Assembly (NCBI GenBank): GCA_027340875.1
Contig: DAIENX010000007.1
Span: 101,143-165,142 of the forward strand
Direction of reading: 5' to 3'
From: Elusimicrobiota bacterium
Lineage (GTDB): Bacteria; Elusimicrobiota; Elusimicrobia; Elusimicrobiales; UBA9959
Length of the DNA stretch: 64,000 nucleotides
Positions 29,259-38,468 of this stretch are shown here, piece by piece. Under the pieces are notes generated by a model. It saw nothing but the letters and a program-made list of their open reading frames with translations. It made no database searches and was not told the origin of the DNA. Each line of letters starts with the position of its first letter. Position 1 is the first letter of the stretch. Position numbers and translations under genes: made by a program.

Positions 29259-30611
29259 ATGGACCTGAAGAAGCTTCCGCTGGCTACAATACTGATACTC
29301 CCCCTCGCCGCCTACGCCAGGGCGGGCCTGACGCTGGAGCAGGCCGTGGACCGCGGGTTAAAAGTCGACAATGTGATAAGAACGGAGGCCGCCAGGGTGA
29401 GCGGGGCCAAGGCCGGTCTTAAGCAGGCCAGGATGAGCCGCTTCGGCGGGCTGAAGCTCAAGGGCATGTATACCGACGGGAACGACCCGGTCTACGCTTT
29501 CGCCACGGCGATGAAGCAGGGCACTTTCGGCATGGCCTCCCTGGCCACGATAAACGACCCGGACCCGGCGCGCAACTACATGGCAGGCGTGGAGGCCGGG
29601 GTCCCGCTGTTCACCGGCTTCGCCATTTCCAACGCGGAAAAGATGGGAAAGCTCGGCGTAGAGGCGGCCGAGGCCGGCTACGCCCGCGCCAACTCGGGCA
29701 TAACCTTCAAGATAGCCTACCAGTGGATGATGGTCCTGCTGCGCGCCCGGCTGGCCGGCCTGGCCGCCGACAGCGTCGCGGCGGCGGAAACCGAGCTCAA
29801 GACCGCCCAGATGCTCAAGGACAAGGGCATGGTGCTGGGCTCGGACTATTACGGCGCCGAGGCCATACTTTCCACGCTGCGCGGCTACAAACTGGAGTGG
29901 GACAAGGCGCTGGAGCTGGAGAAGGAGAAGCTGGGTATAGCGGTAGGCCTGCCCGGCGGGGCCGAGGTTTCCGGCGAGCTGCGCGACCCGGGCTACCCCG
30001 CCCTCGACCGGGGCCGGCTCGAGGACGGAGCCGCCGGCCGCAAGGACGTGCTGGCCCTGCGCAAGATGGCGCAGATCTCCAGGACGGCCGAGAAGATGCA
30101 GGAGAACTCCGTGCTGCCGGTAGTGGAGGCGTTCGGCTCCTGGGAGACCAATTCGGAGAGCCTTTCCGATTTCAAGGGCAACCGCATGCTCGGCCTGCGC
30201 CTGACCATGCCCATAGGCGACCCCGCCTGGTTCGCCAGGCGCGACGGCGCCAGGGCCGAGGCCTCCATGGCCTCCAGCCGCGCCGACGAAGCCGATAAGC
30301 AGGCCGCCGTAGAGCTGTCGGAAGCCCTCAACAATTACAGCTCCGCGCTCGAGACCCTGCCGGTCACGAAGGAGACCGTGGAGAAGGCCAAGCAGTCCCT
30401 GGAGCTGTTCCGCCCGCTGTACCGCCAGGGCCGCCAGAGCGTTCTGGAGGTGCTGCGCGCGCAGGCCAGCGTGCTGCAGGCCGAGGCCGCCTACTACCAG
30501 GACCTTTTCAAGCTGAACCTCTACCATGCGCAGGCCCTGCTGGCCTCGGAGACGCTGGACGCCGCCGCGGTCAAGGACATCTCCGGCAGGCTGTCCGCAG
30601 GGAACTATTAG
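29259..30611 (+). CDS. TolC family outer-membrane efflux protein
   Basis: Signal peptide; LTLEQAV, VPLFTGF, YRQGRQSVLEVLRAQ. Confidence 0.88.
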   Translation: MDLKKLPLATILILPLAAYARAGLTLEQAVDRGLKVDNVIRTEAARVSGAKAGLKQARMSRFGGLKLKGMYTDGNDPVYAFATAMKQGTFGMASLATINDPDPARNYMAGVEAGVPLFTGFAISNAEKMGKLGVEAAEAGYARANSGITFKIAYQWMMVLLRARLAGLAADSVAAAETELKTAQMLKDKGMVLGSDYYGAEAILSTLRGYKLEWDKALELEKEKLGIAVGLPGGAEVSGELRDPGYPALDRGRLEDGAAGRKDVLALRKMAQISRTAEKMQENSVLPVVEAFGSWETNSESLSDFKGNRMLGLRLTMPIGDPAWFARRDGARAEASMASSRADEADKQAAVELSEALNNYSSALETLPVTKETVEKAKQSLELFRPLYRQGRQSVLEVLRAQASVLQAEAAYYQDLFKLNLYHAQALLASETLDAAAVKDISGRLSAGNY

Positions 30612-30643
30612 CCGCAAAGCCCCGCTTGAACCGCAGGGACGGA

Positions 30644-30810
30644 CGGGCGTTCTTCCACGAACCCGTTGCGGAAGGGGGGGCCCCGTACTTTAAGACAAAG
30701 CGGGGATCGAGGAGAGGAGACCGGAAATTTCAGGCCCGCGGCGGGACCAAAGTACGGGGGGAAACCGACGCAAGGGTTTCCATCTTCCAGGGTTCGCGGA
30801 AGAACGCCCG
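30644..30810. other. Intergenic long inverted-repeat element between tolC and the RND gene
   Basis: 21-bp inverted repeat 30644-30664/30790-30810 (1 mismatch) enclosing a perfect 11-bp inverted repeat CCCCGTACTTT/AAAGTACGGGG. Confidence 0.7.
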
Positions 30811-30884
30811 GACAGCCAGACGGAACAAAAATACGCGTCGGACGACAGGACCCCGACGGAAACCTTAGAACATCGGAGCGACAA

Positions 30885-33800
30885 ATGCAGAACCCAGAAC
30901 ACAAGTACGGCATGGCCGGGCGCATAGCGGAGAGCTTCATAGGCTCCCGCCTCACCCCCATCCTGATAATAACCTTCATCCTGCTCGGCGTCTTCTCGAC
31001 GTTCAAGCTGCCGCGCGAGGAGGAACCGCAGATCAACGTGCCCATGTTCGACATCATGGTGCCGTTCTACGGCGCGGCGCCCAAGGAGATAGAGAAGCAC
31101 CTCGTCGAAGTGGGCGAGCGCAAGCTCTGGGAGATACCCGGCGTAGAGTACATCTACTCGATGGCCCAGCCCAACTTCGCGATGTTCACCGTGCGCTTCA
31201 AGGTGGGCACTTCCCCCGAGACCGCGGCCAACCTGATCTACACCAAGACGCTCGACAACAAGGACATCTTCCCGCGCGGCACCGGAGAGCCGCTGATCAA
31301 GTTCCGCGCTATCGACGACGTGCCCGTGCTGGCGCTGACGCTCTGGGGCAGGGACAAGAGCGGCTACGACCTGCGCCGCGTAGCGGCCAGGATACAGACC
31401 GAGATCAACTCCGTCCAGAACGTCTCCGAGACGCGCATCATCGGCGGCCACAAGCGGCAGTTCATAGTGCATTTCGACCCGGTCTCCATCGCGCGCCACC
31501 GCCTGACCCCGCCGATGCTGGCCGGCATCATCAAGATGTCCAACGCCAACCTGCCCGCCGGGCACTACAACAAGGGCGATACCGTCCTGCTGGCCCAGAC
31601 CGACGCCTTCGTCCGCAGCGCCGAGGACCTCCGCAACATCGTGGTCGGCGTCTACGACGGCAAGCCGGTGCGCCTCTCCGAGGTCGCCGACATCGCCGAC
31701 GGCCCCGACGAGGAGGAGCGCTCCGTCACGATGCTGCAGGGCCCCGCCTCCAGCTCCAAGGCCGGTCCGTCCGACGCGGTAACCCTCTCCGTGGCCAAGC
31801 GCCGCGGCGCCAACGCCACCGAGGTGGCCCGCGAGATACTCTCCCGCGTAGAGGCCATGAAAGGAAAGGAGATACCCGACGGCGTCAGCCTGACCGTCAC
31901 GCGCAACTACGGCGAGACCGCCAAGGCCAAGTCCGACGAGCTGATCTACCACATGCTGCTGGCCACGCTGTCGGTCACCGTGCTGATAGCCCTTACGCTG
32001 GGCCTGCGCGAGGCCGCCGTAGTGCTGGTGGCCATCCCGGTCACGCTGGCGCTGACGATGCTGGTCTACTTCCTGTACGGCTACACGCTGAACCGCATCA
32101 CGCTGTTCGCGCTGATCTTCTCCATCGGCATCCTGGTCGACGACGCGATAGTCGTGGTGGAGAACATCAACCGCCACTGCATGCTCCACAGGAAGAACTC
32201 GCTGTTCCGGAACATCCTGAACGCGGTGGACGAGGTGGGCAATCCCACGATACTCGCGACCTGGACCGTGATAGCCTCGATACTCCCGATGGCCTTCGTG
32301 CGCGGCCTGATGGGCCCCTACATGCGTCCGATACCGATAGGCGCCTCCGTCGCGATGCTGTTCTCGCTCGGCGTGGCCTTCGCCTTCACGCCGTGGCTGT
32401 ACGCCAAGGTGGTGGAGAAATGGCCGCTGAAGCACCACGGCCACGGCAGGGAGGGCGCGCTGGACCGCTGGTACCGCGGCCTGATGAAGAAGCTGATCTA
32501 TAAGCCGGCCGCGGGCAGGCAGTTCCTGCTCTTCACCGCGCTGCTGCTGGCCGGGGCGCTGGCGATGGTCGCCTTCAGGCTGGTCATCTTCAAGACGCTG
32601 CCGTTCGACAACAAGAACGAGTTCCAGGTCATCATCAACATGCCGGAAAGCTCGTCGCTGGCGCGCACCGAGAAGGCCGCGAAGGAGATGGCGGCCTACC
32701 TCTCCACCGTGCCGGAGGTCCGCGACCTGCAGGTCTACGCCGGCACCTCCGCGCCGTACAACTTCAACGGCCTGGTGCGCCACTACTTCCTGCGGCGCGA
32801 GCCCTACCAGGCCGACATACAGGTCAATCTCTCCGACAAGCACGAGCGCAGGCGCCAGAGCCACGACATCGCGCTGGCGGCCAGGCCGAAGCTCAAGGAG
32901 ATAGCGGACTCCTACGGCGCCCGCGTGCAGGTGGCCGAGGTGCCGCCCGGCCCGCCGGTGCTGGCCACGATGCTGGTGGAGGTCTACGACCCCAACCCCA
33001 AGAACCAGCGCGCGCTGGCCGAGGAGATAAAGAACCTGCTCCGGAAGTCCGACGGCATAGTGGACGTGGATTCCTACATACCCGACGACCAGCCGATAAC
33101 CCGCCTGGAGGTGGACCGCCAGAAGGCCACGCTCAACGGCATAGCGGCGGCGGACATAGTGCAGACCGCGGCCATGTCCCTCTCCGGCGCGGACATAGAC
33201 TCGGCGCACGTGGAGGACGAGAACGAGGCGGTCGACATCAGGCTGCGCCTCTCGCCGGAGAAGCGCCGCGAGCTGTCCACGCTCAAGGAGATAAAGTTCT
33301 TCTCCCCCAACGGCACCGCGATACCGATGGCCAGTTTCGTCAAGGCCGAGAACGGGCTCGAGAACCAGCCCATCTACCGCAAGAACCTGCAGCGCGTGGC
33401 GTACGTCACGGCCGACATAGCCGGCGGCACCGAAAGCCCGGTCTACGCCGTGCTCGACCTCAAGAAGAAGATAGACGAGCTCTCCCGGGCGCGCGGCGCG
33501 GAGATAAAGCAGTACTTCACGCGCCAGCCCGACAGCGCCTCCGAGACCGCGATCAAGTGGGACGGCGAGTGGCAGATAACCTACGAGGTGTTCAGGGACC
33601 TCGGCCTCGCGTTCGCGATGGTGCTGGTGCTCATCTACATCCTCGTCGTGGCCTGGTTCGAGGATTTCCTGACGCCGTTCATCATCATGGCCGCGATACC
33701 TATGGCGCTGATAGGCATCATACCGGCGCACTGGGCGATGCGCGCCTTCTTCACGGCCACGTCGATGATAGGCTTTATCGCGTCGGCGGGCATCGTCGTG

Positions 33801-34136
33801 CGCAACTCCATCATCCTGGTGGACTTCATCAATCTGAAGGTGAGAGAGGGTATGGAACTGAGGGAGGCCGTGATAGAGGCCGGCGTGGTCAGGTTCAGGC
33901 CTATGCTGCTGACCGCGCTGGCCGTCATAGTCGGCGCCGGCGTCATACTCTTCGACCCTATCTTCCAGGGCCTGGCCATCTCGCTGATAGCCGGGCAGAT
34001 AGCGGCCACGCTGCTTTCGCGCGTCGCCGTGCCGGTGCTGTACTACCTGGCCTTCGCGGGCCGGGAGCACCGTCTGAAGCCCGCAGCCGCCGAGCCCGAG
34101 GTCCGCGAGGAACTGCTCGGCGCGACCGGGGAATAA
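30885..34136 (+). CDS. RND efflux permease (AcrB/CusA superfamily)
   Basis: LPREEEPQI, GILVDDAIVVVENI, GIVVRNSIILVDF, RFRPMLLT; likely start MQNP at 30885 after GGAG. Confidence 0.93.
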   Translation: MQNPEHKYGMAGRIAESFIGSRLTPILIITFILLGVFSTFKLPREEEPQINVPMFDIMVPFYGAAPKEIEKHLVEVGERKLWEIPGVEYIYSMAQPNFAMFTVRFKVGTSPETAANLIYTKTLDNKDIFPRGTGEPLIKFRAIDDVPVLALTLWGRDKSGYDLRRVAARIQTEINSVQNVSETRIIGGHKRQFIVHFDPVSIARHRLTPPMLAGIIKMSNANLPAGHYNKGDTVLLAQTDAFVRSAEDLRNIVVGVYDGKPVRLSEVADIADGPDEEERSVTMLQGPASSSKAGPSDAVTLSVAKRRGANATEVAREILSRVEAMKGKEIPDGVSLTVTRNYGETAKAKSDELIYHMLLATLSVTVLIALTLGLREAAVVLVAIPVTLALTMLVYFLYGYTLNRITLFALIFSIGILVDDAIVVVENINRHCMLHRKNSLFRNILNAVDEVGNPTILATWTVIASILPMAFVRGLMGPYMRPIPIGASVAMLFSLGVAFAFTPWLYAKVVEKWPLKHHGHGREGALDRWYRGLMKKLIYKPAAGRQFLLFTALLLAGALAMVAFRLVIFKTLPFDNKNEFQVIINMPESSSLARTEKAAKEMAAYLSTVPEVRDLQVYAGTSAPYNFNGLVRHYFLRREPYQADIQVNLSDKHERRRQSHDIALAARPKLKEIADSYGARVQVAEVPPGPPVLATMLVEVYDPNPKNQRALAEEIKNLLRKSDGIVDVDSYIPDDQPITRLEVDRQKATLNGIAAADIVQTAAMSLSGADIDSAHVEDENEAVDIRLRLSPEKRRELSTLKEIKFFSPNGTAIPMASFVKAENGLENQPIYRKNLQRVAYVTADIAGGTESPVYAVLDLKKKIDELSRARGAEIKQYFTRQPDSASETAIKWDGEWQITYEVFRDLGLAFAMVLVLIYILVVAWFEDFLTPFIIMAAIPMALIGIIPAHWAMRAFFTATSMIGFIASAGIVVRNSIILVDFINLKVREGMELREAVIEAGVVRFRPMLLTALAVIVGAGVILFDPIFQGLAISLIAGQIAATLLSRVAVPVLYYLAFAGREHRLKPAAAEPEVREELLGATGE

Positions 34137-34150
34137 TCGAGGAGAATAAA

Positions 34151-34342
34151 ATGAAACTCAATGACGCGTTAAGGCTGCTGGCCGGGTTCATGGTGCTGCT
34201 GAGCGCGGCGCTCACGGTCTACGTGAACGGCAGCTTCATCTGGCTGACGGTGTTCGTGGGGGCCAACCTGCTGCAGTCGGCCTTCACCAAGTGGTGCCCG
34301 GCGATCTGGTTCTTCCGGAAGCTGGGTCTGAAGGAATGCTGA
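34151..34342 (+). CDS. DUF2892 (YgaP-like TM) small membrane protein
   Basis: GGAG RBS; LRLLAG..FVGANLLQSAFTKWCP. Confidence 0.85.
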   Translation: MKLNDALRLLAGFMVLLSAALTVYVNGSFIWLTVFVGANLLQSAFTKWCPAIWFFRKLGLKEC

Positions 34343-34354
34343 GGAAACGCAAAC

Positions 34355-34519
34355 ATGATGAAAGAGGAAAAGAAGAAAGAACCCGCGACAGGGAAATACG
34401 TATACGACAGGAATACGGGAAAAGTCGTGAAGGTGTCGGACCGGGCGAGCGCGACGAAGAAAGATGCGGCGCCCTCCTTTCCGTCCTGCGGGACTGGCGG
34501 CTGCTGCTGCGGAAACTGA
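34355..34519 (+). CDS. 54-aa small protein with Cys-rich C-terminus (absent from ORF track)
   Basis: GAGGA RBS; MMKEEKKKEPATGKYVYDRNTGKVVKVSDRASATKKDAAPSFPSCGTGGCCCGN. Confidence 0.65.
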   Translation: MMKEEKKKEPATGKYVYDRNTGKVVKVSDRASATKKDAAPSFPSCGTGGCCCGN

Positions 34520-34536
34520 GCTAGGCCCGCGGGGCC

Positions 34537-35193
34537 TCAGCGCAGCAGCTCGGCCGCGAAAGCCTTGGCTTCCTCTATGAAGCCCGGCCACTCGCCGGGC
34601 GATAGCAGGCCGCGCTGTTTTATCAGCAGCAGGAACCCCGGCGCTCCCTGCACCATCAGCCCGAGGTTCTGCTCGAACCAGGCTGCGCGGCGGGAGCCGA
34701 AGAAGGCGCGCACGCGCTCCTCGTCGGGGCCGGTCAGCCTGTACTTGTCCGAGAAGAGCGGGAACTCGGGCAGGTCTATGTCCTTGAAGCCTATCATCTC
34801 CCCGAGCTTATACATCAGCGTCTCCGGCTTCAGGTCGAAGCGCGGGATGTCGCCGCCGCAGGCCATCAGGGCCACGGTGTGCCTGCGGACGCTCCGGCTT
34901 TTCCCGGAGCCGATGGTGTAGCTGTAGTCGAACAACTTGACGGCGCCGTGCTGCGACTGGACCTCCACCATATTGAACGCGCGCCTGGAACGGCCCAGCG
35001 AAAAAAGCTCCAGGCCGGCCGCCGCCAGCGCGGCGGGGTCCGGGCCTTCCTGCGCAAAGATCAGCCCCATCGACGCCGCCATGGCCTCGATGTCCTTACG
35101 GCGCTTCCACACAAGGTACAGGGATCCGCCTCCGAAAACCGCCGCTATCACGAGGAATATAACGACCGGATGCGTTCCGAGCAGATCTTGCAT
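34537..35193 (-). CDS. Single-TM hypothetical protein
   Basis: N-terminal TM helix followed by a soluble domain; coupled to the upstream gene. Confidence 0.7.
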   Translation of the reverse strand: MQDLLGTHPVVIFLVIAAVFGGGSLYLVWKRRKDIEAMAASMGLIFAQEGPDPAALAAAGLELFSLGRSRRAFNMVEVQSQHGAVKLFDYSYTIGSGKSRSVRRHTVALMACGGDIPRFDLKPETLMYKLGEMIGFKDIDLPEFPLFSDKYRLTGPDEERVRAFFGSRRAAWFEQNLGLMVQGAPGFLLLIKQRGLLSPGEWPGFIEEAKAFAAELLR

Positions 35194-35465
35194 CAGTTCC
35201 CCCCCGTCTTGTTGAGGTCCAGGCTGTCCAGGTTGGTCTTTTCCGTCTTCTCGTAGAGCTCTTTGGCGGCCTTGGCCTTGGAGATCTGGTCCACCTGGCC
35301 GCGCAGATAATTACCCGCGGCCGTAGCCGGCGGCTTCTCGGCCGGAGCGGCCGCCTGCGCCGGCTCGGCCTTCGGCTGCGGCACCTGCTCAGGCTGCTTC
35401 TTCTTGCAGGCCGCGGCTAAGAGCAGCGCCGGCACCAGCCACGCCATAAGCGATCTGTTCGTCAT
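35193..35465 (-). CDS. Small lipoprotein
   Basis: Lipobox LAAAC; GGGGGG RBS. Confidence 0.7.
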   Translation of the reverse strand: MTNRSLMAWLVPALLLAAACKKKQPEQVPQPKAEPAQAAAPAEKPPATAAGNYLRGQVDQISKAKAAKELYEKTEKTNLDSLDLNKTGGN

Positions 35466-35474
35466 GTCCCCCCC

Positions 35475-36500
35475 TTAAAGGTCTATGAGATGTTCAGCTA
35501 TCTGCACCGAATTAAGGGCAGCGCCCTTGTAAAGGTTGTCGGATACCACCCAGAGCTGGAACTCGCGCGGCGAGGTCTTGGAGCGGCGCAGGCGGCCGGA
35601 GTAGACTATGTCGGTCCTGTGGCCGTTCTCCAGCGGCGTCGGGTAGTTCTCTGGTTCGGGCAGGAACTTCAGCCCCGGGGTCCTGGCGAACTCCCGCCTG
35701 ATATCGGCGAGGCCGCAGGGCCTTGAAGTGGTGAACCAGAGCGCCAGGGAATGCCCGCGCAGCACCGGCACGCGCACCGAGGTCACGCTGATGCGCAGGC
35801 GCGGAGCGCCCAGTATCTTTTTCAGCTCCGCCTCCACCTTGTTCTCCTCGCCGGTATTCCCTTCCGCGTCGAAGCCGCCAACCTGCGGGAAAAGATTGAA
35901 GGCTATCGGCCGGGGAAAGCCCTTTCCCTTGAGGCGCGGCACGGAACCTTTCCGGAGATAACCGCGCAGCTCCTCTTCCAGCTCAGTCATCGCGGCCTTT
36001 CCGGCCCCGGAGACTGCCTGATAGGTGGCCATGCGCAGCTCGGAGAGGCCGTAGCGCCTGTGCACCCCCGCCAGCGCCACCGCGGCGCCGGTCAGCGTGC
36101 AGTTGGGACCGGCGATAAGGCGCCTCGAAGACTTCAGCTCGCCGCCGTTCACCTCCGGGATCACCAGCGGCACTTTCGGGGAGAGCCGGAACTGCGAGGA
36201 ATCGTCTACGCACCAGACCCCCTCGGCCGCCAGCCGCGGGGCGAACTTCTCCGAGACTTCCTCGTTAGAGACGAAAAAAACGATATCGGCCCGCTTCAGG
36301 GCCCCGAAGGACGGGGCCGAGCAGGCGTAGCGCCTGCCGCGGAACCTTACGTATGCGGCCCTGCGGCCGGAGTTGAAGGCGTACAGCTCGGCGACCGGGA
36401 AGCGCCGGCTCTCCAGCAGGCCCAGCAGCTCCCCCCCCACCATGCCAGAGGCCCCCACCACCGCCACGTCGAACTTTCCGGATCCCTTCTTTCCGTTCAT
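35475..36500 (-). CDS. asd: Aspartate-semialdehyde dehydrogenase
   Basis: VGASGMVG, PLVIPEVN, PNCT, YQAVSGAG, RVPVLRGHS, DNLYKGAALNSVQIAE. Confidence 0.95.
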   Translation of the reverse strand: MNGKKGSGKFDVAVVGASGMVGGELLGLLESRRFPVAELYAFNSGRRAAYVRFRGRRYACSAPSFGALKRADIVFFVSNEEVSEKFAPRLAAEGVWCVDDSSQFRLSPKVPLVIPEVNGGELKSSRRLIAGPNCTLTGAAVALAGVHRRYGLSELRMATYQAVSGAGKAAMTELEEELRGYLRKGSVPRLKGKGFPRPIAFNLFPQVGGFDAEGNTGEENKVEAELKKILGAPRLRISVTSVRVPVLRGHSLALWFTTSRPCGLADIRREFARTPGLKFLPEPENYPTPLENGHRTDIVYSGRLRRSKTSPREFQLWVVSDNLYKGAALNSVQIAEHLIDL

Positions 36501-37555
36501 TCCGATGCGTCCCCTTCGCCGGCGGGCTGTTCCGGAGCAGGCTGCTCCGGCGCCGCCTGCTTCATGGGCGGGATGGTTATCTCCTTGGAATAGCCCACGT
36601 TCTCCAGGCTGTCAACGGCGGCCGCCCTCAGGTAGAACATATCCGCGGATATCCCGTCCCGGGCGAAGGTCCAGAAATACGGGGCCCTGAAGAAATATCT
36701 GGTCACCCGCTGCCAGTCGAACTTGTCGTAGGAGACCTCCAGCCAGGCCGCGCGCACGTCCTCGCCTATGGCCGAGAAGGAGACGTTTATCTCCGTGGAG
36801 GTGAGCTCGGCGGCGAAGCCCTTGATGAAGACGCGGTACTCGTTGAACGGCACGAGCTTCACGGCCATAGCCGGCTTTATGCCGGAGATCGGGGTCTCCA
36901 GCACGCCGTCGCCCGAAGGCGCGTTGCCCCTGATGGAGCGGTTGACCCAGACGTTCTCCTCGCCGCCGCCGCTCATCGCGGCCGCTATTATCGGGGAGCT
37001 GGACGCCGAGACGAAGTAGCGGGAAGAGGACCAGAGCGCGAGATAGTTGTCCTTGTCCCCGGAGACGCGGGACAGCGGGACCTCGGCCCAGACCCACCGG
37101 GAGGAGTCCACACCGTCGAGGGAATCGTTCGGCAGCGGCTCCCGCGGCAGGTCGGCCGCCTCGGCCAGGAAATAGGTGTGGTCCGAGCTGAACGTCGGGG
37201 CCTGGTTCACCGCCATGTAGATCTTGCCGGGTATCGGCTCGGGGTCCCAGGAATAGGGCCACGACATGATCTTCGCGCGGCCGAGCTTGGCCCCGACGTA
37301 CGCCTTCGCGTAGCCGGCGGTGGGTATCGGCGGCAGCTTGACGATCCAGCAGTTGTTGTAGCCGACGTACCAGTCCGCGTGGAAGCCGCCGTCGGCGTAG
37401 AGATAGTAGCGCCCGAGGTTGCGCTCCGGGGCGAAGTACGCGGGCACGAAGGCCTTCGGGCCCGCGGAGAATACCGGCCCGCCCTCGGCGGCCGCCGGCG
37501 CGGCGGGCGCGGCGAGCAGCGCGGCGAGCAGCAGAGTCTTAGCCAGGCGTGCCAT
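36497..37555 (-). CDS. Exported hypothetical protein
   Basis: Signal peptide; aromatic-rich beta content; between parB and asd in one run. Confidence 0.7.
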   Translation of the reverse strand: MARLAKTLLLAALLAAPAAPAAAEGGPVFSAGPKAFVPAYFAPERNLGRYYLYADGGFHADWYVGYNNCWIVKLPPIPTAGYAKAYVGAKLGRAKIMSWPYSWDPEPIPGKIYMAVNQAPTFSSDHTYFLAEAADLPREPLPNDSLDGVDSSRWVWAEVPLSRVSGDKDNYLALWSSSRYFVSASSSPIIAAAMSGGGEENVWVNRSIRGNAPSGDGVLETPISGIKPAMAVKLVPFNEYRVFIKGFAAELTSTEINVSFSAIGEDVRAAWLEVSYDKFDWQRVTRYFFRAPYFWTFARDGISADMFYLRAAAVDSLENVGYSKEITIPPMKQAAPEQPAPEQPAGEGDASE

Positions 37556-37558
37556 GTG

Positions 37559-38431
37559 TTACTTTTTTATTATTCGTGTTACCCTGTCGAGATCGTCGAA
37601 GGAGAAGTAATGCACGACGATCCGGCCGTTCTGCGGGCCGGGGCCGGGGCAGACCTCGACCTTCGTGCCGAGCGTCTTCTCCAGCTCCGATTCCAGGGCC
37701 AGCACCTCGGGGGTGCGCCTGGAGCCGCCCCGCGGGGCCTTCGCGGCGCGCGGCCTGTCCTTGTGGAAGCCCTGCGCGAAGCCCTCCACGTCCCTGACGG
37801 TCAGCTTCTCGCTGATGATCCGCTGGTAGAATTCCCTTCTCTTGGAAGAATCGGGGATGGAGATGAGCGCCCGCGCATGCCCCTCCGTGATGGCGCCGGA
37901 CTGTATGCCCTGGCGGATATCGGCGTCCAGCTCGAGCAGGCGCAGCGTGTTGGAGACGGCCGCGCGGGATTTCCCCACCCGGGCCGCGATGTCGGCCTGG
38001 GAAACGCTGAAACTGTCCATCAGCTGGCGGTAGGCCATGGCGGTGTCCACCGCATTGAGGTCCTCCCGCTGTATGTTCTCTATCAGGGAAAGCCCCAGCT
38101 TCTGCTCGTCGCTCAGGTCCTTCCTTATTATAGCGTCTATCTCAGCCAGGCCGGCCAGTTTGCAGGCCCGGAGCCGGCGCTCGCCGGCCAGCACGGTGTA
38201 CTGCCCGTCGCCGTTATTCCTCCAGACGGTAATAGGCTGCAGCAGCCCGCCGGACTTTATGGACTCGGCAAGCTCGGCCAGCTTCTCCTCGTCGAAGATC
38301 CTGCGGGGCTGATAAGGGTTCGGAATGATGGCGCCCACCGGGATCTTCTGCACCATGTCCCCGGAAATATCGTTGTCCCGCACTTTCGTTATAAGCGAAT
38401 CTATGCCCCTGCCTAATGCCTTCCTGCTCAT
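37559..38431 (-). CDS. parB: Chromosome partitioning protein ParB
   Basis: ALGRG, PNPYQPR, GERRLRA, ENIQREDLN, HTH GKSRAAVSNTLRLL. Confidence 0.96.
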   Translation of the reverse strand: MSRKALGRGIDSLITKVRDNDISGDMVQKIPVGAIIPNPYQPRRIFDEEKLAELAESIKSGGLLQPITVWRNNGDGQYTVLAGERRLRACKLAGLAEIDAIIRKDLSDEQKLGLSLIENIQREDLNAVDTAMAYRQLMDSFSVSQADIAARVGKSRAAVSNTLRLLELDADIRQGIQSGAITEGHARALISIPDSSKRREFYQRIISEKLTVRDVEGFAQGFHKDRPRAAKAPRGGSRRTPEVLALESELEKTLGTKVEVCPGPGPQNGRIVVHYFSFDDLDRVTRIIKK

Positions 38432-38468
38432 TGAATATTCTCCTTAAAATACAAAGCTTTTTTCTATA

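Noticed and set aside
30666-30884. 73-aa N-terminal extension of the RND ORF
   Set aside because: It runs through the inverted-repeat element from a TTG start; the GGAG RBS and family N-terminus support 30885.
30690-34070. 1126-aa antisense ORF and similar long shadow ORFs (5288..6883, 12859..14856, 55401..57890)
   Set aside because: These are antisense mirrors of well-supported genes, expected from high GC3 bias, and show no recognisable motifs.
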